The notes under the pieces were generated by a model. That model worked only from the letters and a program-made list of their open reading frames with translations. It did not search any database and was not told the DNA's origin. Both the position numbers and the translations under genes were made by a program. DNA of 64,000 nucleotides, taken from positions 128,001 through 192,000 of the forward strand of contig CAVSGO010000007.1 in assembly GCA_963727525.1 (NCBI GenBank), written 5' to 3'. This stretch comes from an uncultured bacterium (lineage in GTDB: Bacteria; Krumholzibacteriota; Krumholzibacteriia; LZORAL124-64-63). Of this stretch, positions 20,770 to 31,784 are shown piece by piece; positions within the stretch are counted from its first letter, which is position 1; each line of letters opens with the position of its first letter.

Positions 20770-21843
20770 GTGACCGCAGCCTGGCAACCGCCCGTCGACC
20801 GCCCGCTCGAGGAAGGTGAGGCCTCCCTGGCTCCTCTGCTCGGGCGCACGGTGGCGATCATCGGCTATGGTACGATGGGCCGCGCCCACGCACTGAACCT
20901 GCGGGACGGCGGACATGCCGTGGTCGTCGGCGCGCGGGTGGGGTCGGCGCGCGGGGAACTCGCCCGCCGTGAGGGCTGCGACGTGCGGACGGTCGGCGAC
21001 GCCGTCACGGCCGCGGACGTCGTGATGCTGATGCTTCCCGACGAGGCGATGGCCCTGGTTTACGCGCAGCAGGTCGCGCCCCGGCTGGGTCCCAGCGCGG
21101 CGCTCGGCTTCGCCCACGGCTTTGCGGTGGCCTTCGATCAGATTCGTCCCGAGAGAGGGCGACCCTGCTTCCTGGTGGCGCCCAAGGCTCAGGGCGACCT
21201 CCTGCGCGACGCATTCGAGGCCGGCGGTGGCATGCCCGGCCTGCTCGCCGTCACCGACGCCTCGCCGCCCGAAACCTGGGCCCTCGCCGCCGCGTATGCG
21301 CGCGCGATCGGCTGTCTGCGCGGCGGCGGCTGGCGCACGACGTTTCGTGCGGAGTGCGTGAGCGACGAGTTCGGAGAGCAAGTGGTGCTCTGCGGTGGCG
21401 TGATCGAACTGCTCCAGGCCGCGTTCGACACGCTGGTCGCGCGGGGGTACGATCCCGCCAACGCCTACTTCGAATGCGTGCACGAGCTGAAGCTGATCAC
21501 GGACCTCGTGCACCGTCAGGGGATCGACGGGATGCGCCGGCGCATCAGCCGCACCGCAGCCTACGGCGGACTCACGCGCGGCCCGCGCGTGATCGACGCC
21601 GCGGCTCGCGCGCGCATCGCGGCCATCCTCGACGAGATCGAGTCGGGTGACTTCGCCCGCGAGTTCCTGGCGCGCCACGACGATCCTGCGGCGGGTGTCG
21701 CCGCGCTGGGGATGGTGGAGGCGCGCTCGGACCTGGTCCGCACCGGCCACGCCATGCAGGCGCGGCTCGATGGTACGACACGAGCGCCAGTAATCTCGGC
21801 CGATGCCGGCGAGGCGCTCGACACAACCGAGGAGACACCATGA
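20770..21843 (+). CDS. ilvC: Ketol-acid reductoisomerase
   Basis: IIGYGTMGRAHALNLRD, GFAHGF, APK, FGEQVVLCGG, YFECVHELKLI. Confidence 0.9.
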   Translation: MTAAWQPPVDRPLEEGEASLAPLLGRTVAIIGYGTMGRAHALNLRDGGHAVVVGARVGSARGELARREGCDVRTVGDAVTAADVVMLMLPDEAMALVYAQQVAPRLGPSAALGFAHGFAVAFDQIRPERGRPCFLVAPKAQGDLLRDAFEAGGGMPGLLAVTDASPPETWALAAAYARAIGCLRGGGWRTTFRAECVSDEFGEQVVLCGGVIELLQAAFDTLVARGYDPANAYFECVHELKLITDLVHRQGIDGMRRRISRTAAYGGLTRGPRVIDAAARARIAAILDEIESGDFAREFLARHDDPAAGVAALGMVEARSDLVRTGHAMQARLDGTTRAPVISADAGEALDTTEETP

Positions 21844-22583
21844 GCGAAGACGCGAGTCTCAGCCCGCTTCCGCCCGAATCCTCGCTATGGGAACGCATCC
21901 CGCTGCTCGTGCAGCGCCCGTCGGTGGCGTTCGCGCGGGTGGCGCAGCGCCCGGCGTGGTGGCTGCCGGGGCTGGTCCTCTTCGTCCTCGTGGCTCTCTA
22001 CACGGCGATGAACTGCCACGTGATCGTGCCAGGCAGTCTGAGTGCGGCGCTGGACAAGGCGGACGGCAAGCAGCTCGAGGTCCTTCAGAAGCAGATGGCC
22101 CTGTTCTCCGATCCGCCGGCCTGGCTGCGCTTCATCACCGGTTTCGGCGCCGGTTTCGGGATCTGGGTCGTCATGGCGATCCAGGCGCTGATCTACCACC
22201 TCTTCCTGCGTCTCTCGGAGGGCAAGGGCACGGTGGGGCAGAGCTTCGGCGTGGTCTACTGGGCGGCGCTGGTACCCACGCTCATGAAGACCCTGCTGAG
22301 CTGGATCGTCATCGTCGTCACCGACGGTGCCCATCTCCTGCGGGACACGGGGCTGGCGGCGTTGGTACCGGACAAGGCGAGCGACTCGCTGCCCTACCAG
22401 CTCGCAACATTCTTCGGCGATGTGTTCTCGATCTGGACGGTCGTGCTCACCATCATCGGATTCGCGGTGGTGCACCGCATCGCGCGCGGCCGGTCCGCCC
22501 TGGTCACGGTCCTGGTGTACGTCCTGATCTCCGCCTGCATGATCGGGCTCAGCCTGCTGGGTAAGGCGATGGGAAGGGGATAG
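21840..22583 (+). CDS. Yip1-family (YknW-like) membrane protein
   Basis: RPSVAFARVAQRPAWWLP start and ~5 TM segments; precedes a membrane fusion protein. Confidence 0.75.
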   Translation: MSEDASLSPLPPESSLWERIPLLVQRPSVAFARVAQRPAWWLPGLVLFVLVALYTAMNCHVIVPGSLSAALDKADGKQLEVLQKQMALFSDPPAWLRFITGFGAGFGIWVVMAIQALIYHLFLRLSEGKGTVGQSFGVVYWAALVPTLMKTLLSWIVIVVTDGAHLLRDTGLAALVPDKASDSLPYQLATFFGDVFSIWTVVLTIIGFAVVHRIARGRSALVTVLVYVLISACMIGLSLLGKAMGRG

Positions 22584-22584
22584 C

Positions 22585-23898
22585 GTGAAGAAACTGCTCA
22601 TCATCGGCGCCGTCGTGGTCGCCGTCGCGGCGTTGATCTTTCTCAGCCTCGCGCGTACCGGACACAAGGGCGACGCCGAGGTCGAGACGGCGCGCGTCGA
22701 TCGCAAGGACCTCACCGAGATCGTGCGCGCGAGCGGTACCATCGAGCCCAAGCGCTCGGTGGACGTGAGCGCCAACACGATCGGCACCATCACCAACCTC
22801 GCGGTGGAGGAGGGACAGACCGTCGCGCAGGGCGATCTGCTCCTCGAGATCGATCCCACCGAGTACCGGGCGGCGCTGCAGGCGCTCGAGGCGGCGGTAC
22901 GGACCGGCGAGGCAGACCTGCAACTCGCGGAGGCGTCGGCCGAGAAGGCCGACATCGACCTGAAACGCGCCGAGTCGCTCTTCCGTGAAGGTCTCAATTC
23001 CGAGGAAGCGGTGCAGAGCGCCCGCACCAATGCGCGGGTGGAGCACGCGCGCGTCGAGGCGGCACAGAGCCAGCTCCAGCAGACGCACGCCAACCTCGAG
23101 AAGGCGCGCCACGATCTCGAGAAGGTCACCCTCACGGCGCCGATGTCGGGCATCATCACCAAGCTCAACGTCGAGGAGGGCGAGAACGCCATCATGGGCA
23201 CGCTCAATAACCCCGGCACGGTGCTGCTGTCGATCGCCGACCTCGGCACGATGGAGGCCTGGGTCGAGGTCGACGAGACCGAGGTGGTCGATGTCCGCCT
23301 GGGTCAGAAGGCGACCATCGACATCGACGCGTTCCCCGACACCACCTATACCGGCACCGTCACCGAGATCGGTCACAGCCCCATCAACACGAGCACCGGC
23401 GCCGGGCAGGAAGCCGTCGACTTCGAGGTGAAGATCACACTCGACGAGCGCATCCCGCACATCCGGCCGGGCCTGTCGGCCAAGGCCGAGATCACGGTGG
23501 CCACGCGCAAGGAGGCCCTGGCCGTGCCGCTGGGGTCGGTCACCGTGCGCAACTGGCCGCTGCGCGACAGCGACATCCGCACGTACCGCGGCGGGCAGGC
23601 CCGTCGCCAGGGAGCGGCCCTCGACAGCCTCGGCTTCACCACCGAGGGCGTGGCGGACAGCGTGAAGACCAAGGAGACCGAGGGCGTCTTCGTGCTGCGC
23701 GATGGCTTCGTGAAGTTCGTGCCCGTGACCATCGGCATTGCCGGGGAGGAGTCGTTCGAGATCACCCGCGGCGTGACGGAAGGCGAATCGGTGGTCAGCG
23801 GTCCCTTCCGCGAGTTGCGCGAACTGAAGGACGGTGCCGAGGTCCGCGAAGCCCACACGGGCGGCAAGAAGGGCAAGAAGGACCGTAACGCGTCATGA
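22585..23898 (+). CDS. Periplasmic adaptor/membrane fusion protein (MacA/YknX-like)
   Basis: ASGTIEP, VEEGQTVAQGDLL, coiled hairpin, APMSGII, VDETEV. Confidence 0.9.
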   Translation: MKKLLIIGAVVVAVAALIFLSLARTGHKGDAEVETARVDRKDLTEIVRASGTIEPKRSVDVSANTIGTITNLAVEEGQTVAQGDLLLEIDPTEYRAALQALEAAVRTGEADLQLAEASAEKADIDLKRAESLFREGLNSEEAVQSARTNARVEHARVEAAQSQLQQTHANLEKARHDLEKVTLTAPMSGIITKLNVEEGENAIMGTLNNPGTVLLSIADLGTMEAWVEVDETEVVDVRLGQKATIDIDAFPDTTYTGTVTEIGHSPINTSTGAGQEAVDFEVKITLDERIPHIRPGLSAKAEITVATRKEALAVPLGSVTVRNWPLRDSDIRTYRGGQARRQGAALDSLGFTTEGVADSVKTKETEGVFVLRDGFVKFVPVTIGIAGEESFEITRGVTEGESVVSGPFRELRELKDGAEVREAHTGGKKGKKDRNAS

Positions 23899-25124
23899 TC
23901 CACCTGGCCGGCGTCGGCATCGCCCTGGAGAACCTGCGCACGCACAAGCTGCGCACGTTGCTGACGCTTCTGGGCAATATCGTGGGCACCATGTCGGTGA
24001 TCGCCGTCGTGTCGCTGATCTACGGCGCCGATCGCTATGCCCGCCAGGTCGTGCTCGACGAGGGCACCGACGTCTTCACGATCACCCGCGTGAACGGCGT
24101 GCAGTTCCTCACCGATTTCGACGCGTTCCTCGCGTCGCTCAACAACCCCGACCTCACTCTCGCCGACCGCGACTGGTTGCAACAGCACATGACGGAGGCG
24201 CGCGTCGTCGGGGCCAGCCTCGAGACGATCGGCAACCTGCGGGCCGGCAGCGCCGAGTTCAAGAACGCGCAGATCCGCGGCAAGACCGAGGACTACCCGT
24301 TGCTGGAGGATCTGCCGCTGCTGGCGGGGCGGCACCTCACGATGGCCGACGTTCGCACGAGTCGACCGGTGGCGGTGATCGGGTTCGACGTGGCCCGTGA
24401 TCTCTTCCCGCGCCTGCCCGACCCCTTGGGCCATGAATTCCGCCTCGGTGGCCGGCACCTGACGGTGGTGGGCATCGTCGACGACCGCGGCACCGTGATG
24501 GGCGAGAACCGCAACCAGTTCGTGGTCCTGCCCATCACCACCTACGGCAAGATCTACGGCGGCGGGCACTCGGTCGACATCAAGGTCGGGGCGCGCGATC
24601 TCGAGGCGCTCGAGGCGGCCAAGGACGAGGCCACCTTCATGCTGCGCATGCGCCACCGGTTACGTCCCCTGGCCGACAACGACTTCGCGATCCAGACCTC
24701 CGACCAGCTCCTGGGTCTGTGGGGCAACATCACGGGGGCGATCTACGGCGCGCTGGTGCCGCTCGTGGGCATCAGCCTGGTGGTGGGCGGCATCGTGCTC
24801 ATGAACGTCATGCTGGTGTCCGTCACCGAGCGCACGCGCGAGGTAGGCATCCGCAAGGCGCTGGGCGCCACGCGACGTAGCGTCGCGGGCCAGTTTCTGA
24901 TCGAGGCCATCACGCTCTCGCTCGTGGGTGGCCTGCTCGGCATCGGCATCGGCGTGGGCCTGGCCTGGCTCATCGCGGTGCTCAGCCCGCTCAACTTCGC
25001 GGTGGCGGGATGGTCGATCGGCCTGGGCATCCTCGTCAACTTCCTCATCGGGACGTTCTTCGGCTCATATCCGGCCTGGAAGGCGGCCGGTCTCGATCCC
25101 GTGGAGGCGCTGCGCTATGAATAG
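23895..25124 (+). CDS. MacB/FtsX-type ABC permease without ATPase domain
   Basis: KLRTLLTLLG, VGGIVLMNVMLVSVTERTREVGIRKALGA, DPVEALRYE. Confidence 0.9.
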   Translation: MIHLAGVGIALENLRTHKLRTLLTLLGNIVGTMSVIAVVSLIYGADRYARQVVLDEGTDVFTITRVNGVQFLTDFDAFLASLNNPDLTLADRDWLQQHMTEARVVGASLETIGNLRAGSAEFKNAQIRGKTEDYPLLEDLPLLAGRHLTMADVRTSRPVAVIGFDVARDLFPRLPDPLGHEFRLGGRHLTVVGIVDDRGTVMGENRNQFVVLPITTYGKIYGGGHSVDIKVGARDLEALEAAKDEATFMLRMRHRLRPLADNDFAIQTSDQLLGLWGNITGAIYGALVPLVGISLVVGGIVLMNVMLVSVTERTREVGIRKALGATRRSVAGQFLIEAITLSLVGGLLGIGIGVGLAWLIAVLSPLNFAVAGWSIGLGILVNFLIGTFFGSYPAWKAAGLDPVEALRYE

Positions 25125-26382
25125 GCGCGCCGGGGCCAGGCAATCGAGGCGGGCAGTCCATCTGCGCGAGGGCGTGGCTCAAGCGATGCAGGTCATCGTG
25201 GGGCACCGGATGCGCAGTTCGCTGCTCATCGTCGGCGTCGCGATCGGCGTGGCGACGCTCCTGGCCATGGTCACCATCGTGCACGGGCTGAGCCTGCGCA
25301 TCCGCAACGACGTGGTCTCGGCCAATCGGCCCTACCTGCGCGTCGCCCGGTACACGGGGCTCGGGGGCGAGGATGTCGACGAAAAAATGCGGCGGCGGCA
25401 GCTCGATCCCGAGTTGTTGCCGGACGTCGCGGCCACGCCGGGCGTCGACTATGTCGACTACATCATCCAGAATCACTCCGGAACCGTGCTGCACCACGGT
25501 AAGGAGCGCACGAACTTCGTGCAGATCTACGGGGCCACCGAGAACGATCCCTACCTGCTTAGCCTCGAGATCGGCGAGGGCCGGTTCTTCTCGGCCCAGG
25601 AGGTCGCGGCGCGAACCCGTGTGTGCGTGATCGGCTGGGGCCCGCGCCAGAGCCTCTTCCCGTATCTGGACCCCATCGGCAAGACCCTGCGTATCGAGGG
25701 CCATCCGTACGTCATCGTCGGGGTGGTCGCCGAGCGCAAGCTGGTGTTCGGGTCATTCGGCGAGAACTTCGTCACCGTCCCGTGGACGAGCTTCGAGAAG
25801 GACTTCCTTGGCGGGCGCGGCATGGAGGACCGGATCATCCTGGCCACCACGAAGCCCGGCGTCGCGACGGCGGAGGTCACGGACGATCTCACCGGCGCGT
25901 TGCGCCAGGCGCGTCACCTGCGGCCCGGTGAGCCCGACGATTTCGACATCACCTCGAGCGAGACCTACGGCGATCTGGTCGACAAGATCACCGGCGCCAT
26001 CGCCGTCATCCTGGTGGTGCTGGCGAGCATCGGCCTCATGGTCGGCGGCATCGGCGTCATGAACATCATGCTGATCTCGGTCACCGAGCGGACGCGGGAG
26101 ATCGGTGTACGCATGGCCCTGGGCGCGCGCCGCGGGGATGTGCTCTTCCAGGTGCTCGTCGAGGCCGGTACGCTCACCGGTATCGGCGGCGTGCTGGGCA
26201 TCGGGCTGGGGTACCTCCTGTCCTGGGCCGCCACCCACCTGCTCGCCTTCCCCTTCGGATTCGATCCCCTGTCCACGGCCGTGGCGACGATCTTCTCGGT
26301 GGCCATCGGCGTGATCTTCGGGCTGTATCCGGCGAATCGCGCGGCGCGTCTGGACCCGATCGAGGCGTTGCGGACGGAGTGA
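25117..26382 (+). CDS. MacB/FtsX-type ABC permease without ATPase domain
   Basis: VGGIGVMNIMLISVTERTREIGVRMALGA, DPIEALRTE. Confidence 0.9.
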   Translation: MNRRAGARQSRRAVHLREGVAQAMQVIVGHRMRSSLLIVGVAIGVATLLAMVTIVHGLSLRIRNDVVSANRPYLRVARYTGLGGEDVDEKMRRRQLDPELLPDVAATPGVDYVDYIIQNHSGTVLHHGKERTNFVQIYGATENDPYLLSLEIGEGRFFSAQEVAARTRVCVIGWGPRQSLFPYLDPIGKTLRIEGHPYVIVGVVAERKLVFGSFGENFVTVPWTSFEKDFLGGRGMEDRIILATTKPGVATAEVTDDLTGALRQARHLRPGEPDDFDITSSETYGDLVDKITGAIAVILVVLASIGLMVGGIGVMNIMLISVTERTREIGVRMALGARRGDVLFQVLVEAGTLTGIGGVLGIGLGYLLSWAATHLLAFPFGFDPLSTAVATIFSVAIGVIFGLYPANRAARLDPIEALRTE

Positions 26383-26512
26383 CCGCGCCCGATGGGAAAC
26401 CATCCCATCGCGGAATTGTGGGGCGCCCTTGGGACATTGTACCTAGCCTGGATGGGTAGCGACACGTCGCCTCGTCCAGAGGCGGTCGATCATCACGGCA
26501 AAGGAGGCCAAT

Positions 26513-27160
26513 ATGATTCGCAGGCTCACGCTCGCGTGCGCCCTCGGCATGCTGCTCGTCGCGCCCGCGGCCCAGGCCCAGCTCGGGTCCATGGTGCCGC
26601 ACTTCGGATTCAAAGCGGGGCTCAACTTCTCGGACATCAACGTGGACGATGTCGACGCCTCGAACCGCACGGGCTGGGGCGCCGGATTCTACGCCGACCT
26701 CGCCTCGCCTCTGCTGCACTTGCAGCCGGAAGTGCTGTTCATGGCGAAGGGATTCAAGGATGCGACCCTGACCACGGACCACCGCTTCGATGCGCGCCGC
26801 TACGGCGTGGAGATCCCGGTGCTCGTCGTCCTCGACCTGCCGATGCCGATGATCCGGCCGCGCGCCTTCATCGGACCGGCCCTGACCATCCCGCTCAAGA
26901 GCGAGATCAACATCGGCGGCACCTGGTACGACATCAACAACGACAGCAAGACGAGCTGGAGCCTCGTCGTCGGCGCCGGCGCCACCCTCCTGAACAAGGT
27001 GGGCCTGGAACTGCGTTACGACATCGGCCTGAGCGAGCTGAACAAGCGCCCGCTCGACCAGATCGTCGAAGACGTCAATGACGAGTTCGCCAGCCAGGAA
27101 CGCACCCCGGATCTCAAGGACCGGACGTTCAGCGTGATGGCTTCGATCGCCTTCAACTAG
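26513..27160 (+). CDS. Outer-membrane beta-barrel (porin family) protein
   Basis: Signal peptide, FGFKAGLNFS, LQPEVLF, ELRYDIGL, C-terminal aromatic residue; AAGGAGG RBS. Confidence 0.85.
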   Translation: MIRRLTLACALGMLLVAPAAQAQLGSMVPHFGFKAGLNFSDINVDDVDASNRTGWGAGFYADLASPLLHLQPEVLFMAKGFKDATLTTDHRFDARRYGVEIPVLVVLDLPMPMIRPRAFIGPALTIPLKSEINIGGTWYDINNDSKTSWSLVVGAGATLLNKVGLELRYDIGLSELNKRPLDQIVEDVNDEFASQERTPDLKDRTFSVMASIAFN

Positions 27161-27250
27161 CACCGTCCGTGGCCGCTGCCGCCTTCGGTGGACGTGGACT
27201 GCCAACGGGCTTACACTGCCTGCTCCATCCTCCACCGGAGGTCGTCCGCC

Positions 27251-30200
27251 ATGCCCGTGTCCCGTCCCGTCGACCTGGTCACGCTGCCGCGCCGGCGCAT
27301 CCTCGTGCTCGATGGTGCCATGGGCACGATGCTGCAGGCCCACCGGCTCGGCGAGGAGGACTATCGCGGCATCCTGCTGCGGGACCACCCCCGCGACGTC
27401 AAGGGCAACCACGACCTGCTCTGCCTCACGCAGCCTGACATTGTGCGTGGCGTGCACGAGGCATACTTCGCGGCGGGCGCCGATATCGTCACCACCAACA
27501 CGTTCAATGGCACGGCCATCTCGCAGATCGAGTACGGCACCGTGCATCTCGTGGGCGAGATCAACCGCGCGGCGGCGCGTCTGGCCCGCGAAGCTGCCGA
27601 TGCAGCCACGCGGCGCACGCCGGACAGGCCGCGCTTCGTCGCGGGCAGCCTGCCGCCCACAAACCGCACGGCATCGCTCTCACCGGACGTCGATCGGCCC
27701 GGCCTGCGCACCGTCACGTTCGCGGAGCTGGCAGCCGCGTACACGGAACAAGCCGAGGCGCTCCTCGACGGTGGCGTGGATATCCTGCTCGTCGAGACCA
27801 TCTTCGACACGCTGAACGCCAAGGCCGCGCTTTTTGCCATCGCGGACGTGCTCGCCCGGCGCGGGTCACGCGTGCCGATCTGGATCAGCGGCACCATCAC
27901 CGACCGCAGCGGCCGCACGTTGAGCGGCCAGACGCCCGAGGCGTTCTGGGCCTCGGTGCGTCACGCACGGCCCTGGGTGGTGGGCTTCAACTGTGCGCTG
28001 GGCCCCGACCTGTTGCGGCCTCACGTGGCATCGCTGGCGCGGCTGGCCGACACCTGCGTGAGTGCGCATCCCAACGCCGGCCTTCCCAATGACCTCGGCG
28101 GCTACGATGAGACCCCGGCGCAGATCGCGGCCGCCCTCGGCGAGTGGGCGCGTGATGGCCTCGTGAACATCGTGGGCGGATGCTGCGGCACCACCCCCGA
28201 GCACATCGCCGCCATCGTCGATGCGGTGGCGGGAGTCCCGCCGCGCGGTGTGGTGGCGGCGCCCCGGTCCACGCTGCTCAGCGGCCTCGAGCCGCTGGCC
28301 ATCAACGCCGACTCGCTCTTCGTCAACGTGGGCGAGCGCACGAACGTGGCCGGCAGTCGCCGTTTCGCGAGGCTCATCCGCGACGGCGCCCACGAGGCTG
28401 CCCTCGACGTGGCCCGCGACCAGGTGCGTGGCGGGGCCCAGATCATCGATGTCAACATGGACGACGCCCTGCTCGACGCTCCGACCTGCATGCGCGAGTT
28501 CCTCAACACGCTGGGCAGCGACCCAGAGATCGCCCGCGTGCCCGTGATGATCGATTCCAGCCGCTGGGAAGCCATCGAGGCCGGGCTGCAGTGTGTCCAG
28601 GGCAAGGCCGTCGTCAACTCGATCAGCATGAAGGAAGGCGAGGACGCGTTCCGCGCCCGCGCGCGCCTGGTGCGCCAGTACGGCGCGGCCGCCGTCGTCA
28701 TGGCCTTCGACGAGAAGGGCCAGGCCGACACCCTCGCCCGGCGCATCGCGGTATGCCGCCGTGCCTACCGTATCCTGGTGGACGACGAGGGCTGGGATCC
28801 GCACGACATCATCTTCGATCCCAATGTCTTCGCCGTGGCCACGGGTCTACCGGAGCACGACCGCTACGCCCTCGACTTCCTCGAGGCCGCGCGCTGGATC
28901 AAGAGCAACTTGCCGGGAGCATTGATTTCCGGCGGTATCAGCAACCTCAGCTTCAGCTATCGCGGCAACGACGCCGTACGCGAGGCGATGCACGCCGTAT
29001 TCCTCTATCACGCCATCGACGCCGGGCTGGACATGGGCATCGTCAACGCGGGCCGGTTGCCGGTGTACGTGGACATCGAGCCCGCCCTGCGCGAGGCCGT
29101 GGAAGATGTCATCCTCGCCCGCCGACCCGATGCGGGCGACCGCCTCACCGCGATCGCCCAGAACGCCGCCGGCGACAGGCGGCGCGATCCGGCCGCCGAT
29201 GTCGCCTGGCGCGAGGCGCCGGTGGCGGAGCGCCTGTCCCACGCACTCGTGCACGGCATCCTCGACCACATCGAGCCCGACACGCTCGCGGCCTTCGCGG
29301 AACTGGGGGAGCCCCTGGCGGTGATCGAGGGCCCGCTGATGGACGGTATGAATCGCGTCGGCGACCTCTTCGGCGCGGGCAAGATGTTCCTGCCCCAGGT
29401 CATTCGCAGCGCACGGGTGATGAAGCAGGCGGTGGCCGTGCTCGAACCGTACCTGCTCGAGCGCAAGGAGTCGGGCGCTGCGAGAAACGCCGGCACCGTG
29501 CTGCTCGCCACGGTGAAGGGCGATGTGCATGACATCGGCAAGAACATCGTGGGGGTGGTGCTGGGGTGTAATAACTACGAGGTGATCGATCTGGGCGTCA
29601 TGGTGCCCGCCGATCGCATCCTCGCCACCGCGCGCGAGAAGCAGGTGGACGTCATCGGGTTGAGCGGCCTCATCACGCCCTCGCTCGACGAGATGGTGCA
29701 AGTTGCCGGCGAGATGCAGCGCCTCGGCCTGGAATTGCCGCTTCTCATCGGCGGCGCGACCACCAGCCGCACACATACCGCGGTGAAGATCGATCCGGCC
29801 TATGCCGGCCCTGTGGTGCATGTGCTCGATGCCTCGCGCGCCCCCGGCGTGGTGGGCAAGCTCCTCGACCCGCGCCGGCGTCGCGATTTTGCCGCCACCA
29901 CCAAGACGGAGTACGATGGCGTGCGTGTGAGCCGAACGCAGCAGGCCGAGGGGCGTCAACTCCTGGCGCTCGCCGAGGCGCGCCAACGGCCAGCCGTGGA
30001 CGACGATGCCGTACCGCCGCGACCTCTGCAGCCGGGCATCACGGTGCTCGACGACGTCGCGGTGGCCGATCTGCGTCCGTACATCGACTGGACGCCCTTC
30101 TTCCACACCTGGCAGCTCAGGGGCAGCTATCCCGGTATCTTCGCCAAGTCCGACGTGGGGCCCGAGGCGCGGCGACTGTTCGACGATGCGCAATCGCTCC

Positions 30201-30916
30201 TCGACACGCTGCAGGGTACCGGTGGCTTGCAGGCGCGAGGCATTGCCGGACTCTTCCCGGCGGCGCGGACCGGCGACGACGTCACGATCTTCACCGACGA
30301 GGATCGCCGGACAACCCGCACCGTCTTGCACTTCCTGCGCCGACAGCGACCCGATAGCCAGGGCGGGCGCTGCCCTTGCCTGGCCGATCTCGTCGCCCCC
30401 GCGGACGATTGGATCGGAGCATTCGTCGTGTCGACCGGCTTCGGCGCCGATGCGGCCGCGGCGGGATTCGAACGCCAAGGCGACGACTACCGCGCCATCA
30501 TGGTCAAGGCCCTCGCCGACCGGCTCGCCGAGGCATTTGCCGAGCATCTGCATCGCGAGGTGCGCACCCGCCTCTGGGGCTACGCACCCGACGAGGACCG
30601 CGACAACGCCCGTCTCATCCGCGAGGAGTACCGGGGCATCCGCCCGGCGCCCGGCTATCCCGGCTGCCCCGATCACACCGAGAAGACGGCGCTCTTCGCC
30701 CTGCTCGACGCACCTCGCGCCCTCGGCGTGGAGTTGACGGAGAGTTGCATGGTGATCCCGGCAGCCTCGGTCTGCGGCTACTACTTCGCACACCCGCAGG
30801 CGCGTTACTTCGGACTCGGCAAGATCGCGCCTGATCAACTCGCCGACTACGCCGTGCGCAAGGGATGGACGCAGGCGGAGGCGGAGCGCTGGCTCGCGCC
30901 CGTGCTCGCCGGCTGA
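27251..30916 (+). CDS. metH: Cobalamin-dependent methionine synthase
   Basis: [32 protein letters not shown]12-binding motif, [12 protein letters not shown]. Confidence 0.97.
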   Translation: MPVSRPVDLVTLPRRRILVLDGAMGTMLQAHRLGEEDYRGILLRDHPRDVKGNHDLLCLTQPDIVRGVHEAYFAAGADIVTTNTFNGTAISQIEYGTVHLVGEINRAAARLAREAADAATRRTPDRPRFVAGSLPPTNRTASLSPDVDRPGLRTVTFAELAAAYTEQAEALLDGGVDILLVETIFDTLNAKAALFAIADVLARRGSRVPIWISGTITDRSGRTLSGQTPEAFWASVRHARPWVVGFNCALGPDLLRPHVASLARLADTCVSAHPNAGLPNDLGGYDETPAQIAAALGEWARDGLVNIVGGCCGTTPEHIAAIVDAVAGVPPRGVVAAPRSTLLSGLEPLAINADSLFVNVGERTNVAGSRRFARLIRDGAHEAALDVARDQVRGGAQIIDVNMDDALLDAPTCMREFLNTLGSDPEIARVPVMIDSSRWEAIEAGLQCVQGKAVVNSISMKEGEDAFRARARLVRQYGAAAVVMAFDEKGQADTLARRIAVCRRAYRILVDDEGWDPHDIIFDPNVFAVATGLPEHDRYALDFLEAARWIKSNLPGALISGGISNLSFSYRGNDAVREAMHAVFLYHAIDAGLDMGIVNAGRLPVYVDIEPALREAVEDVILARRPDAGDRLTAIAQNAAGDRRRDPAADVAWREAPVAERLSHALVHGILDHIEPDTLAAFAELGEPLAVIEGPLMDGMNRVGDLFGAGKMFLPQVIRSARVMKQAVAVLEPYLLERKESGAARNAGTVLLATVKGDVHDIGKNIVGVVLGCNNYEVIDLGVMVPADRILATAREKQVDVIGLSGLITPSLDEMVQVAGEMQRLGLELPLLIGGATTSRTHTAVKIDPAYAGPVVHVLDASRAPGVVGKLLDPRRRRDFAATTKTEYDGVRVSRTQQAEGRQLLALAEARQRPAVDDDAVPPRPLQPGITVLDDVAVADLRPYIDWTPFFHTWQLRGSYPGIFAKSDVGPEARRLFDDAQSLLDTLQGTGGLQARGIAGLFPAARTGDDVTIFTDEDRRTTRTVLHFLRRQRPDSQGGRCPCLADLVAPADDWIGAFVVSTGFGADAAAAGFERQGDDYRAIMVKALADRLAEAFAEHLHREVRTRLWGYAPDEDRDNARLIREEYRGIRPAPGYPGCPDHTEKTALFALLDAPRALGVELTESCMVIPAASVCGYYFAHPQARYFGLGKIAPDQLADYAVRKGWTQAEAERWLAPVLAG

Positions 30917-30923
30917 GTAGCCG

Positions 30924-31718
30924 TCAACCGTCCGCGAGCCACCGCAGGAATTCGGCGACCGCGGCCGGGTCCGCGAGGTTGTATGCGGCTCGCGACGGCA
31001 TCGTGGGATCCCCCACCCGCACGGTCAGGCCGAGATCGCGCACCGCGGCAAAGGTGTCCTCATCGGTGTCGTCGTCGCCGATGGCGATCACCGCCGACGT
31101 CCGCGGCTCGATCCCGGCGGCTTCGAGCAACCAGCGGGACGCCCGACCTTTGTCCCAGTCGAGATCCGGCACGAGCTCGCGCACCCGTTTGCCGGTGCGC
31201 AGGCGCAATCCGAGTTCCGCGGCGCACGCGGCCGCCGTCGCCCGGACACGGTCCACGTCGGTGGGGGATACCTGGCGATCGTGCACCGCGACGGAGAACC
31301 CCTTGGGTTCGATCACGACGCCCGCGACGTCGCCCAGCGCGGCGCACAACCGCCGCGTGGCCTCGGTCACGGCGTGGATATCGGCATCGGCGAGCGGTCC
31401 GCCGGTCTCGTCGCGCGGCCCCGCGATCTCCAGACCATGGCAACCGGCGTACCAGAGACAAGGTACGTCCACGCGTGCGCGTACATCCGCGACGCCGCGC
31501 CCGCTGATGATGGCGACAGGATATCGCGCCGCCAGGCGTACCAGGATATGCCTCGTCGCCGTCGGGAGCGCCGCGGCACCGGGATCGTCGACGATGGGCG
31601 ACAGGGTGCCGTCGAAGTCGAGCAGCAGCGCAAGGGGGCGTTGCGTCCGCCAGCGCGCGATGACGTCGCGCGAGACCAGGGCGTCGGGCCGGGCCGCGTT
31701 GGGGGAGCCGTCGTGCAT
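30924..31718 (-). CDS. otsB: Trehalose-6-phosphate phosphatase
   Basis: LDFDGTLSPIV, ISGR, GCHGLE, DKG, GDDDTDEDTF. Confidence 0.9.
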   Translation of the reverse strand: MHDGSPNAARPDALVSRDVIARWRTQRPLALLLDFDGTLSPIVDDPGAAALPTATRHILVRLAARYPVAIISGRGVADVRARVDVPCLWYAGCHGLEIAGPRDETGGPLADADIHAVTEATRRLCAALGDVAGVVIEPKGFSVAVHDRQVSPTDVDRVRATAAACAAELGLRLRTGKRVRELVPDLDWDKGRASRWLLEAAGIEPRTSAVIAIGDDDTDEDTFAAVRDLGLTVRVGDPTMPSRAAYNLADPAAVAEFLRWLADG

Positions 31719-31784
31719 GGGCCACAAGGAAAGCGGGGCGGGGCCAACCGGCCACCCGCCCCGCATCGCTATCGGGAACGGCGC

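Noticed and set aside
27161..27250. Possible SAM or cobalamin riboswitch upstream of metH
   Set aside because: Only ~90 nt, with no recognisable SAM-I core or B12-box
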